From NCBI GenBank assembly GCA_947632115.1, contig CANROB010000007.1:67-64066 (forward strand): DNA of 64,000 nucleotides, given 5' to 3'. Each line of letters begins with the position of its first letter. The stretch's first letter is position 1. Made by a program: the position numbers and the translations under genes. Of this stretch, positions 46,825 through 55,349 are shown piece after piece. Source of the stretch: an uncultured Bacilli bacterium. GTDB taxonomy: Bacteria; Bacillota_I; Bacilli_A; RF39; UBA660. The notes beneath the pieces are model-generated. The model saw only the letters and a list, made by a program, of their open reading frames with translations, made no database searches and had not been told where the DNA came from.

Positions 46825-47259
46825 TTACCCTTCTTTTGGTGTAAATTTAGGTTTTCCTTTACCCGTTAGGTCTCCGGTCAAAGGTGATACATCAGTTGCT
46901 GCTCCTAAAAGATCCGTTAAACCTACAACTGCAGTGAATTCTAAGGTTGACTCATCAGGGAATGTAATTTTAAAATCAGCTTCTGCATCTCTTCCAATTT
47001 GATAGCGAAGTCCATCAATATAATCATTTCCTGGGTCTCCAACAGTTCTTTTTCCACTAAATGAACCACTAAATGCCTTCGCTGTTAATAAAGCATTCTG
47101 CCATCCACCATCATTAATGGAATACCAAGTCTCGGTGTTGTTTTCAATCGCAATACTAATTTCTTCCAAGTCCGCGATTGGTACATAAGTCTCAGCTTCT
47201 TTTTTTACCTCGACTTTACATTGACTAACTGCGTATTGTCCAGCTGTAAATGTTGCCAT
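46825..47259 (-). CDS. major tail (tube) protein
   Basis: 144 aa upstream of the chaperone pair, with a strong RBS and beta-rich composition. Confidence 0.7.
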   Translation of the reverse strand: MATFTAGQYAVSQCKVEVKKEAETYVPIADLEEISIAIENNTETWYSINDGGWQNALLTAKAFSGSFSGKRTVGDPGNDYIDGLRYQIGRDAEADFKITFPDESTLEFTAVVGLTDLLGAATDVSPLTGDLTGKGKPKFTPKEG

Positions 47260-47267
47260 ATTATTAC

Positions 47268-47657
47268 CTACCTTTCTTCATAAAAATCCAGTTCAATAGA
47301 ATATTCATATACATTTTTGTCATCAGTCCCTAAATTAATAGGTGCATTGTACGACATCATTGTAAAAATTCTTTTCGAACCAATAAAAAAAGTCCTATCT
47401 TCATAGAACTCATATATTTTTTGTGCCTCTTGTTCGGCGACATCTTGATTTTTTGTATATCTCAATAGAATCGTTATTGGCTTTATATTGGTGGTTCTAT
47501 TGTTCTTTCCACCCATTGTTCCAACATATGGATTTCCACGCTGTGAATTGTAAAAACAAACTGCCTTTTCTTTATTATTGTCAATTTTTCCTATACTAAT
47601 GGAGTCTTTCCATCCAAAATTGCTTTTAAAATCATCTTTGTATTGATTTAGAGTCAT
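47268..47657 (-). CDS. tail terminator / minor capsid-type neck protein
   Basis: Position in the head-tail joining block. Confidence 0.5.
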   Translation of the reverse strand: MTLNQYKDDFKSNFGWKDSISIGKIDNNKEKAVCFYNSQRGNPYVGTMGGKNNRTTNIKPITILLRYTKNQDVAEQEAQKIYEFYEDRTFFIGSKRIFTMMSYNAPINLGTDDKNVYEYSIELDFYEER

Positions 47658-48022
47658 TTTAACTTTCCTTTCAACAATTTAGCAAATGTCATTTTAGCAA
47701 AGTTTTTCTTTTTTCCATCTATATATGGCTGAAACCACATACCACCAGCATTAGAATTTTTGTCTCGTTTAAACTTGTATTCTGGATGAAAATAGAGCCT
47801 TCTTGCGTAAGGTGTATCTGATACGATACTTACCTTACCACGATTTTTTTTACTATCGTCTACAGATGTACTTCTATCTTGTAAATTACCAGTGTCAAAT
47901 GGCATCGTTTGACTTTGCTTTAAATCGCTACTTAGTGCATCAGCAGTCTCAACTAATGCTTTTGCACATAAATTCTGAATATAAGGAAGATGTTTTGGAT
48001 TCCTCGTAGAAGTAATCTTCAT
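47654..48022 (-). CDS. HK97 gp10-like head-tail joining protein
   Basis: TGNLQDRS and TPYARRLYF motifs, and position. Confidence 0.55.
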   Translation of the reverse strand: MKITSTRNPKHLPYIQNLCAKALVETADALSSDLKQSQTMPFDTGNLQDRSTSVDDSKKNRGKVSIVSDTPYARRLYFHPEYKFKRDKNSNAGGMWFQPYIDGKKKNFAKMTFAKLLKGKLK

Positions 48023-48369
48023 TACATTACCTCAAATTCAGTATGATGGACAGTTCCGTTCGGATTTCTAGGTCTGTAACCGGCATAGATTTCATATTCT
48101 TTGCCATTTATAGTAATAGCACCATCACTAACGGATTTTAATGACGGTGCTATATCTCCTTTGACAATAACTTTGCCTAATAAAGTTATTTGCTTTCCTT
48201 CGGAATCTATGATTCTTTTAGCTTTTTCACTCCATATACATTTTCCATTATCGATAAATGCTTCAATAGGTGAACCATCTTCTGAAATACCCTCTTCATT
48301 TAAGGTAATAGAATACTCAGTAGTTAAAAGCCAATCGGGAAAAGGTAAAACTTTAATCTTATTAGCCAT
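48022..48369 (-). CDS. head closure / head-tail adaptor protein
   Basis: Position and size; overlapping start/stop codons with its neighbours. Confidence 0.5.
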   Translation of the reverse strand: MANKIKVLPFPDWLLTTEYSITLNEEGISEDGSPIEAFIDNGKCIWSEKAKRIIDSEGKQITLLGKVIVKGDIAPSLKSVSDGAITINGKEYEIYAGYRPRNPNGTVHHTEFEVM

Positions 48370-48760
48370 TATATCTCCAATTTCTAGAGGTTAATCCAGT
48401 TTGAACAATAGAATCATAAGCCAACTCGCTCATGCATTCTAATTCAGCTTTTGTTTTAGATGCACTATCTTTAGCCTGGACGGTTACGGATATATCCAAA
48501 ACACTATATGAAGAAATATCACTATTATCTTCATTATTATAGCCGTTTTCACGAATATAATCTGCTTGATAGCATATTGACTCTCTTACCTTTTCTTTTT
48601 GAAATTCAGTAAGATTATCAAATCCAATTCCCACAATTCTATTAAGAGTTATACGATTAATCTTATTCTGTGCTAATCTAAGGTTTTTCTCAATTTCTTC
48701 ATCAGGCATACTGCCTTTAAAAATTTCTTTATAATATTCTTTGCTTACATAAAGTGCCAT
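48362..48760 (-). CDS. head-tail connector (gp6-like) protein
   Basis: Position and size; N-terminus MALYVSKEYYKEIFKG... typical of head-tail connector proteins. Confidence 0.5.
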   Translation of the reverse strand: MALYVSKEYYKEIFKGSMPDEEIEKNLRLAQNKINRITLNRIVGIGFDNLTEFQKEKVRESICYQADYIRENGYNNEDNSDISSYSVLDISVTVQAKDSASKTKAELECMSELAYDSIVQTGLTSRNWRYNG

Positions 48761-48771
48761 AATACCACCTC

Positions 48772-48960
48772 CTACTGAAGTGGTTTATCTTCTTCCACTT
48801 CATTTTTTTCTTCGACCGGTTTGGATGGTTTATCCTCGGTTGGTTTAGATGGTTTATCTTCAATCTCTTTATAATTAGAATTATTTCTCAATTTTTCCAC
48901 ATAATAAAGAAGATTTTCTTCTACGACCTTACCAGTCTTTTTATGCTTAAATTTAGTCAT
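48772..48960 (-). CDS. hypothetical phage protein with EDKPSKP repeats
   Basis: GGTGA RBS before MTKFKHKK; tandem EDKPSKPTEDKPSKPVEE. Confidence 0.45.
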   Translation of the reverse strand: MTKFKHKKTGKVVEENLLYYVEKLRNNSNYKEIEDKPSKPTEDKPSKPVEEKNEVEEDKPLQ

Positions 48961-49285
48961 TAGAATCACCTAATTTAGCAGTTAATTCCTTAACTTGTGC
49001 ATCAAGTTCTTCATTGGCAGCAGTTAGTTCTTTAACTTGCTTTTCTAGTGCCTTATTAGCTTTAACCAATTCTTTATCATTAGAAGATTTGCTAACCTCT
49101 TCTAATTTAGCAGTCAATTCTTTAACTTGTGCATCGAGTTTAACGTATTCTCCTAAAGACACCTGTTTTTTCGGAGAATACGCTACAACTTTTCCGTCTT
49201 CATAAATGTCATATCCATCATTCAAATATGCATCTTTTGAATACTCGTCAACTGTGTATTCTTTATTATCTTTTCTTGCAATCAT
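48953..49285 (-). CDS. hypothetical coiled-coil phage head-module protein
   Basis: Repeated AQVKELTAKL heptad-like units. Confidence 0.45.
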   Translation of the reverse strand: MIARKDNKEYTVDEYSKDAYLNDGYDIYEDGKVVAYSPKKQVSLGEYVKLDAQVKELTAKLEEVSKSSNDKELVKANKALEKQVKELTAANEELDAQVKELTAKLGDSND

Positions 49286-49304
49286 TTAGAATCTCCTTTC
49301 TTTT

Positions 49305-49703
49305 TTATTCACTAGGACTTAATGTAAGTTCTGTTAAATCTAACACTTTAGATGTTTCACCATTTTTAAGTGTTATTTTTTGCGTATTAGCATGTATTTT
49401 GCATACAAGATAATAATCCTTTGAATTCAAAGTGCCAGTTCCCTTTTTTTCAGAATCTGATAATTCAAAAGATACGGTATCACCATTTTTGGTTTCTTCA
49501 ACTTCAATGGCTAGGAAATTACCTTCTGCACCTTTTTCAAATTTGTCATATCCCTTTACATATTTTAAAGTACCAGATACTTTGTCACCTTTAATTTGAA
49601 TATTATCTTGTAAATCAGTTACATTTTTACCATAAACTTCGCCCTCAGGTAATTTAACTGTTACCGTTTTTGGGGCTGGTTTAGGGAGTTTCAGTTTCTG
49701 CAT
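49305..49703 (-). CDS. hypothetical head-module protein (possible decoration protein)
   Basis: Immediately downstream of, and overlapping, the major capsid gene; beta-rich. Confidence 0.45.
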   Translation of the reverse strand: MQKLKLPKPAPKTVTVKLPEGEVYGKNVTDLQDNIQIKGDKVSGTLKYVKGYDKFEKGAEGNFLAIEVEETKNGDTVSFELSDSEKKGTGTLNSKDYYLVCKIHANTQKITLKNGETSKVLDLTELTLSPSE

Positions 49704-50583
49704 TAATTCTAATAGAAGCTTTTAATGCATCGTCAAGAGCGAACGTACCATTGAATCGTCTATTTTGGTAAATATATTTGTCAGCAGTTCTACTATCATG
49801 ACCTGGTGTAAATACATTGATATAAGAATATTTAACTCTTGAAACTTGAGCTTCAGGATCTACAATCATATAGTTGATTTGTTTACCTGATTCAGCAACA
49901 GCATATCCATCCGTAAAGTTATAAGCAGTCTTAAATCTCTCTTTAGGAACAACTACTACCTCGTCTAAATCTTCAAGATTATAAACTCTTCTATCTAAGT
50001 TATTACCCTTGCTAGCATCTAATACACGAGTAATACCTTCAGCATTTTTAAATAATTTTTTTACTTCAGCAGTACAATACATAACGCATCTTGATAGAGG
50101 AACACCAGCATCTTCTAAAGCTTCCATATCATCATCAAATTTAGATAAAATATTAGCTGTAGTTAATGCATCGTTATCAACATGTGCCTCTACTCTTTTT
50201 GCTTCAGCATATAATTTTGAGAATGTATAGCAGTCGAGTTCTGGAATAGCTTGCTTACTTTCAAATCTTTTTTGAATGTTTCCGATTGAAACAACTTGAT
50301 TTGTTTCGTCGACATCCATAGGATCAATACCGAACTCTATATCTCTATCATGGTCTAATGATTTAGTTTCATAATCATTTTCATAAGAACCGGTATTAAA
50401 AGACATATTCTTTCTATTATGATCCTTGTAACCACCAACTTTTAATTTTGGTAATTTAATGTCCTTTCCATTAATAATTTGAATATCTAGATTTGAACCA
50501 AATAGTTTAACTGATTTAAGTTCAATATCATATAGGTCTAAAATATGTTTACTAAAAACCTCAGCATATTTTAATTCAGCCAT
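49681..50583 (-). CDS. major capsid protein
   Basis: 300 aa after the scaffold gene, with a strong RBS; position within the head module. Confidence 0.75.
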   Translation of the reverse strand: MAELKYAEVFSKHILDLYDIELKSVKLFGSNLDIQIINGKDIKLPKLKVGGYKDHNRKNMSFNTGSYENDYETKSLDHDRDIEFGIDPMDVDETNQVVSIGNIQKRFESKQAIPELDCYTFSKLYAEAKRVEAHVDNDALTTANILSKFDDDMEALEDAGVPLSRCVMYCTAEVKKLFKNAEGITRVLDASKGNNLDRRVYNLEDLDEVVVVPKERFKTAYNFTDGYAVAESGKQINYMIVDPEAQVSRVKYSYINVFTPGHDSRTADKYIYQNRRFNGTFALDDALKASIRINAETETP

Positions 50584-50608
50584 TTTTAATCATCTCTCTT
50601 TCTATAAA

Positions 50609-51241
50609 TCATTTTTTAGTTCCAAACACTCTGGCTAAAGTGTCATCCAAAACTCCGTTATTAGATCCTTGCGAATTATCAGCTCCAATTTGGAATCCTT
50701 TCATCGCTTGGTTTTCGGACTTTTTTAATCCTGGAACATCGGTTAAAACCTTGTTTAAAGACTCTTTTACCTTATCTCCACTAATTGCACCTTTATCATC
50801 AACAACACCGTTGAAATCGGCTAATTTGATTAAATAAGGTATGGTCTTTGTTTCAACTCCTAGATCTAGCGCTTGCAAGAACGCTTCGTGTTCAATATTT
50901 TGTTTTAAAATTAAAGCATCTTTATCTTTGAGTTGATTTTGTAGATTTTCATTATCTACTTTTTCCTTTTGCTTACTTTCTTCTCTTTGAGTTTTGAAGT
51001 CTTCGATAGCCTTTTTTGCTTCTTCTGGACTTAATCCCTCTTTTTGAAAATAAGACTTTAAGATTGTGTCCTCACTACTCTGATTACGACTATCAATCAT
51101 TTGTTGAATCTTGCCATAATCAATAGCTGGTGCGGCTGCTTGTTGCGTTGCTACATTTTGACCAGTTGTAGCTGCTGGTGTTGTACCTCCTTCTTCAGCA
51201 AATAACTGAATATTAAGAGGTAATTTTTGATTATTTTTCAT
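50609..51241 (-). CDS. capsid scaffolding protein
   Basis: N-terminus LPLNIQLFAEEGG typical of SPP1-like scaffold / GP20-type proteins; helical and charged. Confidence 0.75.
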   Translation of the reverse strand: MKNNQKLPLNIQLFAEEGGTTPAATTGQNVATQQAAAPAIDYGKIQQMIDSRNQSSEDTILKSYFQKEGLSPEEAKKAIEDFKTQREESKQKEKVDNENLQNQLKDKDALILKQNIEHEAFLQALDLGVETKTIPYLIKLADFNGVVDDKGAISGDKVKESLNKVLTDVPGLKKSENQAMKGFQIGADNSQGSNNGVLDDTLARVFGTKK

Positions 51242-51250
51242 AATCTCTTC

Positions 51251-51325
51251 CTTTCTTTTTTGAGTCTTGATTGACTATTCTTTTTTAGGTCTTGAATGAC
51301 CATACTTTTTAAAGACTTGAATGTC
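51251..51325. repeat. 3 x 25-bp tandem direct repeat immediately upstream of the scaffold gene RBS
   Basis: Units are 51251-51275, 51276-51300 and 51301-51325. The minus-strand core is G(T/A)CA(T/A)TCAAG(A/T)C followed by an A-rich tail. Confidence 0.8.
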
Positions 51326-51362
51326 ATCAGCATCTTTTAATGTCGTAAGCTTTTTGGACATG

Positions 51363-51386
51363 AAAAAACTCGATATTTCTATCGAG
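51363..51386 (-). terminator. intrinsic terminator (minus strand)
   Basis: CTCGATA-GAAA-TATCGAG hairpin followed by U6. Confidence 0.65.
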
Positions 51387-51559
51387 TAAAATCATTGTTT
51401 ACTGGCACAACGATTAAAGCCTCTATAAGTCCCAAACTATGAGTAAAGGACTAATTAGTGCTATTTTATAAGCAGTGTGTAAGATATGTCGCGAACTGTT
51501 CACACGGAAATCAGTAGATCATAAGTCTCATACCTTACACACTATCTATAAAGTAGTGG

Positions 51560-51772
51560 TTACTTGTTTTTATCTATTTTAGATATATTAGTTAGATATG
51601 AATAATGTAAATCCCATGTTGGTATTTCATCAGGTGTCAATTTCGTATATATTTCTATTTCTCTAATCATAGGTATTTTGTCATATACAATTGCTTCTGC
51701 ATTATCTATCAATTCTTGACCCAATTGTTTAATATTTTCTACATAATAATTTAAAATTTCTTCTTTTTTCAT
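51560..51772 (-). CDS. hypothetical 70-aa protein (candidate immunity partner of the MuF C-terminal domain)
   Basis: GGAGGAAAG RBS; the first ORF downstream of the MuF gene; no motif recognised. Confidence 0.5.
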   Translation of the reverse strand: MKKEEILNYYVENIKQLGQELIDNAEAIVYDKIPMIREIEIYTKLTPDEIPTWDLHYSYLTNISKIDKNK

Positions 51773-51968
51773 CTTTCCTCCATAATAAAAGCACTCTATT
51801 TATTTTTGAGTGCTTTGTTAATAACATTTATTATTTCTCTATTTTCTATTCTTGTTTTTTCTAATTCAGTGGCTATTTTGGATAACACACACATTATAAA
51901 AAACATAATTATTAATAAAATTATTCCTATTGCTATCATATATGTTCCCTTTCTACATATGATAAATA

Positions 51969-52045
51969 TGGTCTCGGTAACAGGATTTGAACCTGCACAA
52001 TCTAGTTCCCAAAACTAGTGCACTACCAAATTATGCTATACCGAG
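51969..52045 (-). tRNA. phage-encoded tRNA-Pro (anticodon UGG), CCA encoded
   Basis: Hand-folded cloverleaf. Acceptor stem CTCGGTA/TACCGAG, anticodon stem CTAGT/ACTAG with loop TTTGGGA (G37), T-arm GCAGG-TTCAAAT-CCTGT, discriminator A plus CCA. Confidence 0.85.
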
Positions 52046-52127
52046 ATTTGACACATTACAGTAATTTCTGCTATAATGTAATTGTGAAAAGAAAGGTCCC
52101 ACTGTTGATCAGAGGGTGCCTTTCTTT

Positions 52128-53735
52128 TTATTTGCGATTAAACACTCCAAATAAATCTTCATTATTTTTAATAATGATTGTCTTAACATAACTTGTCTTT
52201 TTTGATTTAAAGACAAGTTGAACTCTTTCATATATTTCTTTATCAGTAAGTTTAGATTCTGTACAATCGATAAGGAATATATCTGATTGACCTTCTTTAT
52301 CTTCTAGTGCATGAAAAAATACATTTTTTCCTGTTCCATTTGTTTCTTTTTCTTCTAGATAAATCCAATCTTGACTACCTTTTGTGGAATAATATTTATA
52401 ATCAGCACACGATACGCCACCGTCTTCATAAAGTGTTGGTAAATATTCAATTTTTCCACCAAATTTACTTATAAACCATTGACCATTTTCTTTTTCGTTG
52501 TTTTTGTATTCTATTATGTTTGTTTCATTCACTTTATATTCTTTTCCATTTTTGATAACAGATGTAGCCTCTATTGTTTCTTGATAAGATACATCTGCTT
52601 CTTTTAACCAATTTTCAGTAACATCTTCATAAGATTGAGATTGTAATAGTAAATCTTTTTCTGTCTGCCATTGTTTCTTTTTGCTTGCAAATTGTTGAAT
52701 ATTTAATTTTGAAATAGAGCCATGCTCTAATCTATCATATTTCTTTATATTTCTATCACAATAGTTCATTCTCTCATTAATATAATCTAGATCTGCTTGA
52801 TATTCTTCATCGGTTTCATTTTCAATATCTTCTAGTTCAGGATAATATGTTGTTAGTCCGTCCCTACAGTTTGGATGTAAGAATCCCTGTTCCATAGCTT
52901 CACTCAATAGCATGTACTTGCCATCCTCTTTAGTGCCACCACTATAAACATCATCTATGAAGATGTGTTTCTCCCATTTTTGACATATAGGGCAAGCACC
53001 ACCATGAGAAGTTGCTTGGACTAGAACTCTACCTATAGACCTTCTAAAATCGCCTTCTCCCATGAGCTGTGCTCTTAAGTTAGCGGTTCTAATAGCCATC
53101 TGAGCATAACTTGCTATATTAACTCTTCGACCGTTCTTATACTCAATACAGTTTAATCCGCCAGCAAGGAAATTTTTATTGGATTCATCTATTGCCAATT
53201 CAGTTTTCTTTAATTCGGTCAATTCATCAGTTGCCATCCGTACTGCTTGCTGCTCAGTAAAGACACCGTTTCCAACAAAAAAAGCACTTTTATGAATAAC
53301 TTGACGGTATTGGTCATTTATCATTCTCAAAGCACTTGTATTTGCCGTTTTTAGGTCATCATTAACAGCTTTAATTAAAGCAACGACTTTTCTATCATTT
53401 GTCTTGAAAAAACTTTCATTCATTACCTTATCTGGATTTAGATTTTTACCTAAAGCCTTATTATATTGTTTTATCGCTCTGATAGATCCTTGCTTAACTT
53501 CTTCCTGGATATGTTTAGAAATCTCTTTATGAATTCCATTGGTATAATCTCCAATAATTAGTTTATTCTGCTTTCTATATCTAGAGAGCTCTTTTAATTT
53601 TTCAGCTTGCCATTGCGTGTATTGAAATCCTGTTTTTTCTTCCTCTTTAAGATGTCTTTTAAAGTTTCTCTTCATAGAACTAATGAGTTCTTTTTCCATT
53701 TCTTCATATAGTTCTTTTATTTTATAATCGTTCAT
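52128..53735 (-). CDS. MuF / SPP1 gp7-like head morphogenesis protein with a ~200-aa extra C-terminal domain
   Basis: MuF core ending ...CPICQKWEK...HPNCRDGLTTYYP at about aa 300, followed by a linker and a distinct domain (ADYKYY...DWIYLEEKETNG...FLIDC). Confidence 0.75.
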   Translation of the reverse strand: MNDYKIKELYEEMEKELISSMKRNFKRHLKEEEKTGFQYTQWQAEKLKELSRYRKQNKLIIGDYTNGIHKEISKHIQEEVKQGSIRAIKQYNKALGKNLNPDKVMNESFFKTNDRKVVALIKAVNDDLKTANTSALRMINDQYRQVIHKSAFFVGNGVFTEQQAVRMATDELTELKKTELAIDESNKNFLAGGLNCIEYKNGRRVNIASYAQMAIRTANLRAQLMGEGDFRRSIGRVLVQATSHGGACPICQKWEKHIFIDDVYSGGTKEDGKYMLLSEAMEQGFLHPNCRDGLTTYYPELEDIENETDEEYQADLDYINERMNYCDRNIKKYDRLEHGSISKLNIQQFASKKKQWQTEKDLLLQSQSYEDVTENWLKEADVSYQETIEATSVIKNGKEYKVNETNIIEYKNNEKENGQWFISKFGGKIEYLPTLYEDGGVSCADYKYYSTKGSQDWIYLEEKETNGTGKNVFFHALEDKEGQSDIFLIDCTESKLTDKEIYERVQLVFKSKKTSYVKTIIIKNNEDLFGVFNRK

Positions 53736-53803
53736 CTATCCATTTCCTTAAATATAAATGAGGCATTTCGGTATTATAAATAAAACCAATAAAGTCTAAA
53801 AAG

Positions 53804-55345
53804 CTATTTATTATTTTCAAGTACATTTGCAGTATTGCTCTTATCATTTGTTTCATTATCTATCACCTCCAAATCTAAATCTTGATTTATGCTAGGCTCT
53901 TCCATTTCAGTAATACCCTGTTCTTCTTTTAGCCTTAAAATTTCCTCATCAATCCACTCTTCGTCTTTACTATCGCCGTAAAGCTCTTTGATTGATGTTT
54001 CGATACTCATGATGCCTCCATTTTTAGCTTTAGTAATAGTATCTATTTGACTATCGAAACTTGGACTATCATATTCTCCAAAATTAACATTAATCTCGAT
54101 ATCTTCCTCTGGTTGCTGCTTTTCAAGAATCTTTTGAAAATTCAAAACTCCATTAATAACTTTAGGAATGAAATCATTTAAAGATTCAATTATCCCTTGT
54201 CTTGTATATAATGTTGTTTTTTCCATCTGTCTTTCGTATGAACTATTAGGATCTTGAATTTTCTTAGTATCAATTCCTAAAGTACTTGGACTAATAATTC
54301 CCTGTAAACATAACTCTAAGCAATTTACATAAGCTTGATAATACTTATCGCTGTAAATTTCACTTTGAACAACAGTAATCTTATTTTGACTACCTTCTTT
54401 CATATCAGCTTCTGTTTCAATATAACTGTTATCAAATCCATTCGGTTTCATAACCTCGCCAGTATTTGGATTTCGAGGGAGTAAACTTTCAGGAATATAC
54501 CTAACAGGCTTTCCTTGTCTAATTGCCTCCACCCACTGACTAATAATTTCATCTAGTGCATCAAATAAATCATACTTTGAATTGAATTTACTTGCACCAC
54601 GACCTTTATATTTGCTATTTTTATCAACAAAAAAAGGAACTGCACACATAAGTTCCTTATCAAAATTTAATTCTGTCTTTAAATTTTCAGTTTCTTTTAG
54701 GGATTTTAAATCTATCATCTGTTTACCATCATATAGTTCACATTTAATATAACCATACCCATAAATTTCTAACAGTTTATATTTTTTGCTGTTCTTTTCG
54801 TAGTAAGATGTAAAAATGATTTCATACAGTCTACCTCTTTTATAGATAAATTCGCATCTATCTCCAGAAATCCACTCCAAAATCGGATATTTAGAAATAT
54901 TAGGATCATACGAATATCTTATTGCTCCATCGCCTAAATATAATGTTTCTGCAATGATATCCCAGAGCAAGTCATCAAAATGGTTGTCATCTGCGATTTC
55001 ATTCCATCTGTCCAACTTACTAACATCGTTAATTTCAACACCATTATAATTATCAATCACTATATCAGTGATTTTATTAATAATTATTTGAGGTAATCCA
55101 GTATGAATCTTTCTAATTCCCAATCCTACTGCTGGTACACTTGCCCAAAACAATGACTTATTATTGTTTAGCTGTTTATAAAATTGCTCTAGTTCATCAC
55201 TATCGCCATTATACCAAATTCTATTCTTGGCTTGATAAATGTGTAAATCTTCATTTCTATTAATTACTATTGCTCTTGGCGATGTATCATTAATTTCAAG
55301 CCATGATTGAAGTTTATTCTTTACTGCATCCATTATCTTTCCCAT
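53804..55345 (-). CDS. portal protein (SPP1 gp6-like)
   Basis: 513 aa between the terminase large subunit and the MuF gene. The exact start is uncertain. Confidence 0.8.
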   Translation of the reverse strand: MGKIMDAVKNKLQSWLEINDTSPRAIVINRNEDLHIYQAKNRIWYNGDSDELEQFYKQLNNNKSLFWASVPAVGLGIRKIHTGLPQIIINKITDIVIDNYNGVEINDVSKLDRWNEIADDNHFDDLLWDIIAETLYLGDGAIRYSYDPNISKYPILEWISGDRCEFIYKRGRLYEIIFTSYYEKNSKKYKLLEIYGYGYIKCELYDGKQMIDLKSLKETENLKTELNFDKELMCAVPFFVDKNSKYKGRGASKFNSKYDLFDALDEIISQWVEAIRQGKPVRYIPESLLPRNPNTGEVMKPNGFDNSYIETEADMKEGSQNKITVVQSEIYSDKYYQAYVNCLELCLQGIISPSTLGIDTKKIQDPNSSYERQMEKTTLYTRQGIIESLNDFIPKVINGVLNFQKILEKQQPEEDIEINVNFGEYDSPSFDSQIDTITKAKNGGIMSIETSIKELYGDSKDEEWIDEEILRLKEEQGITEMEEPSINQDLDLEVIDNETNDKSNTANVLENNK

Positions 55346-55349
55346 CCTT

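Noticed and set aside
51275-51361. 28-aa minus-strand micro-ORF (MSKKLTTLKDADDIQVFKKYGHSRPKKE)
   Set aside because: Its ATG directly abuts the terminator U-run with no RBS. It is largely composed of the 25-bp tandem repeats, which are not in codon phase.
51806-52018. 70-aa plus-strand ORF
   Set aside because: Its 3' part is the antisense of a well-folding tRNA-Pro, and its isoleucine-rich translation is AT-driven.
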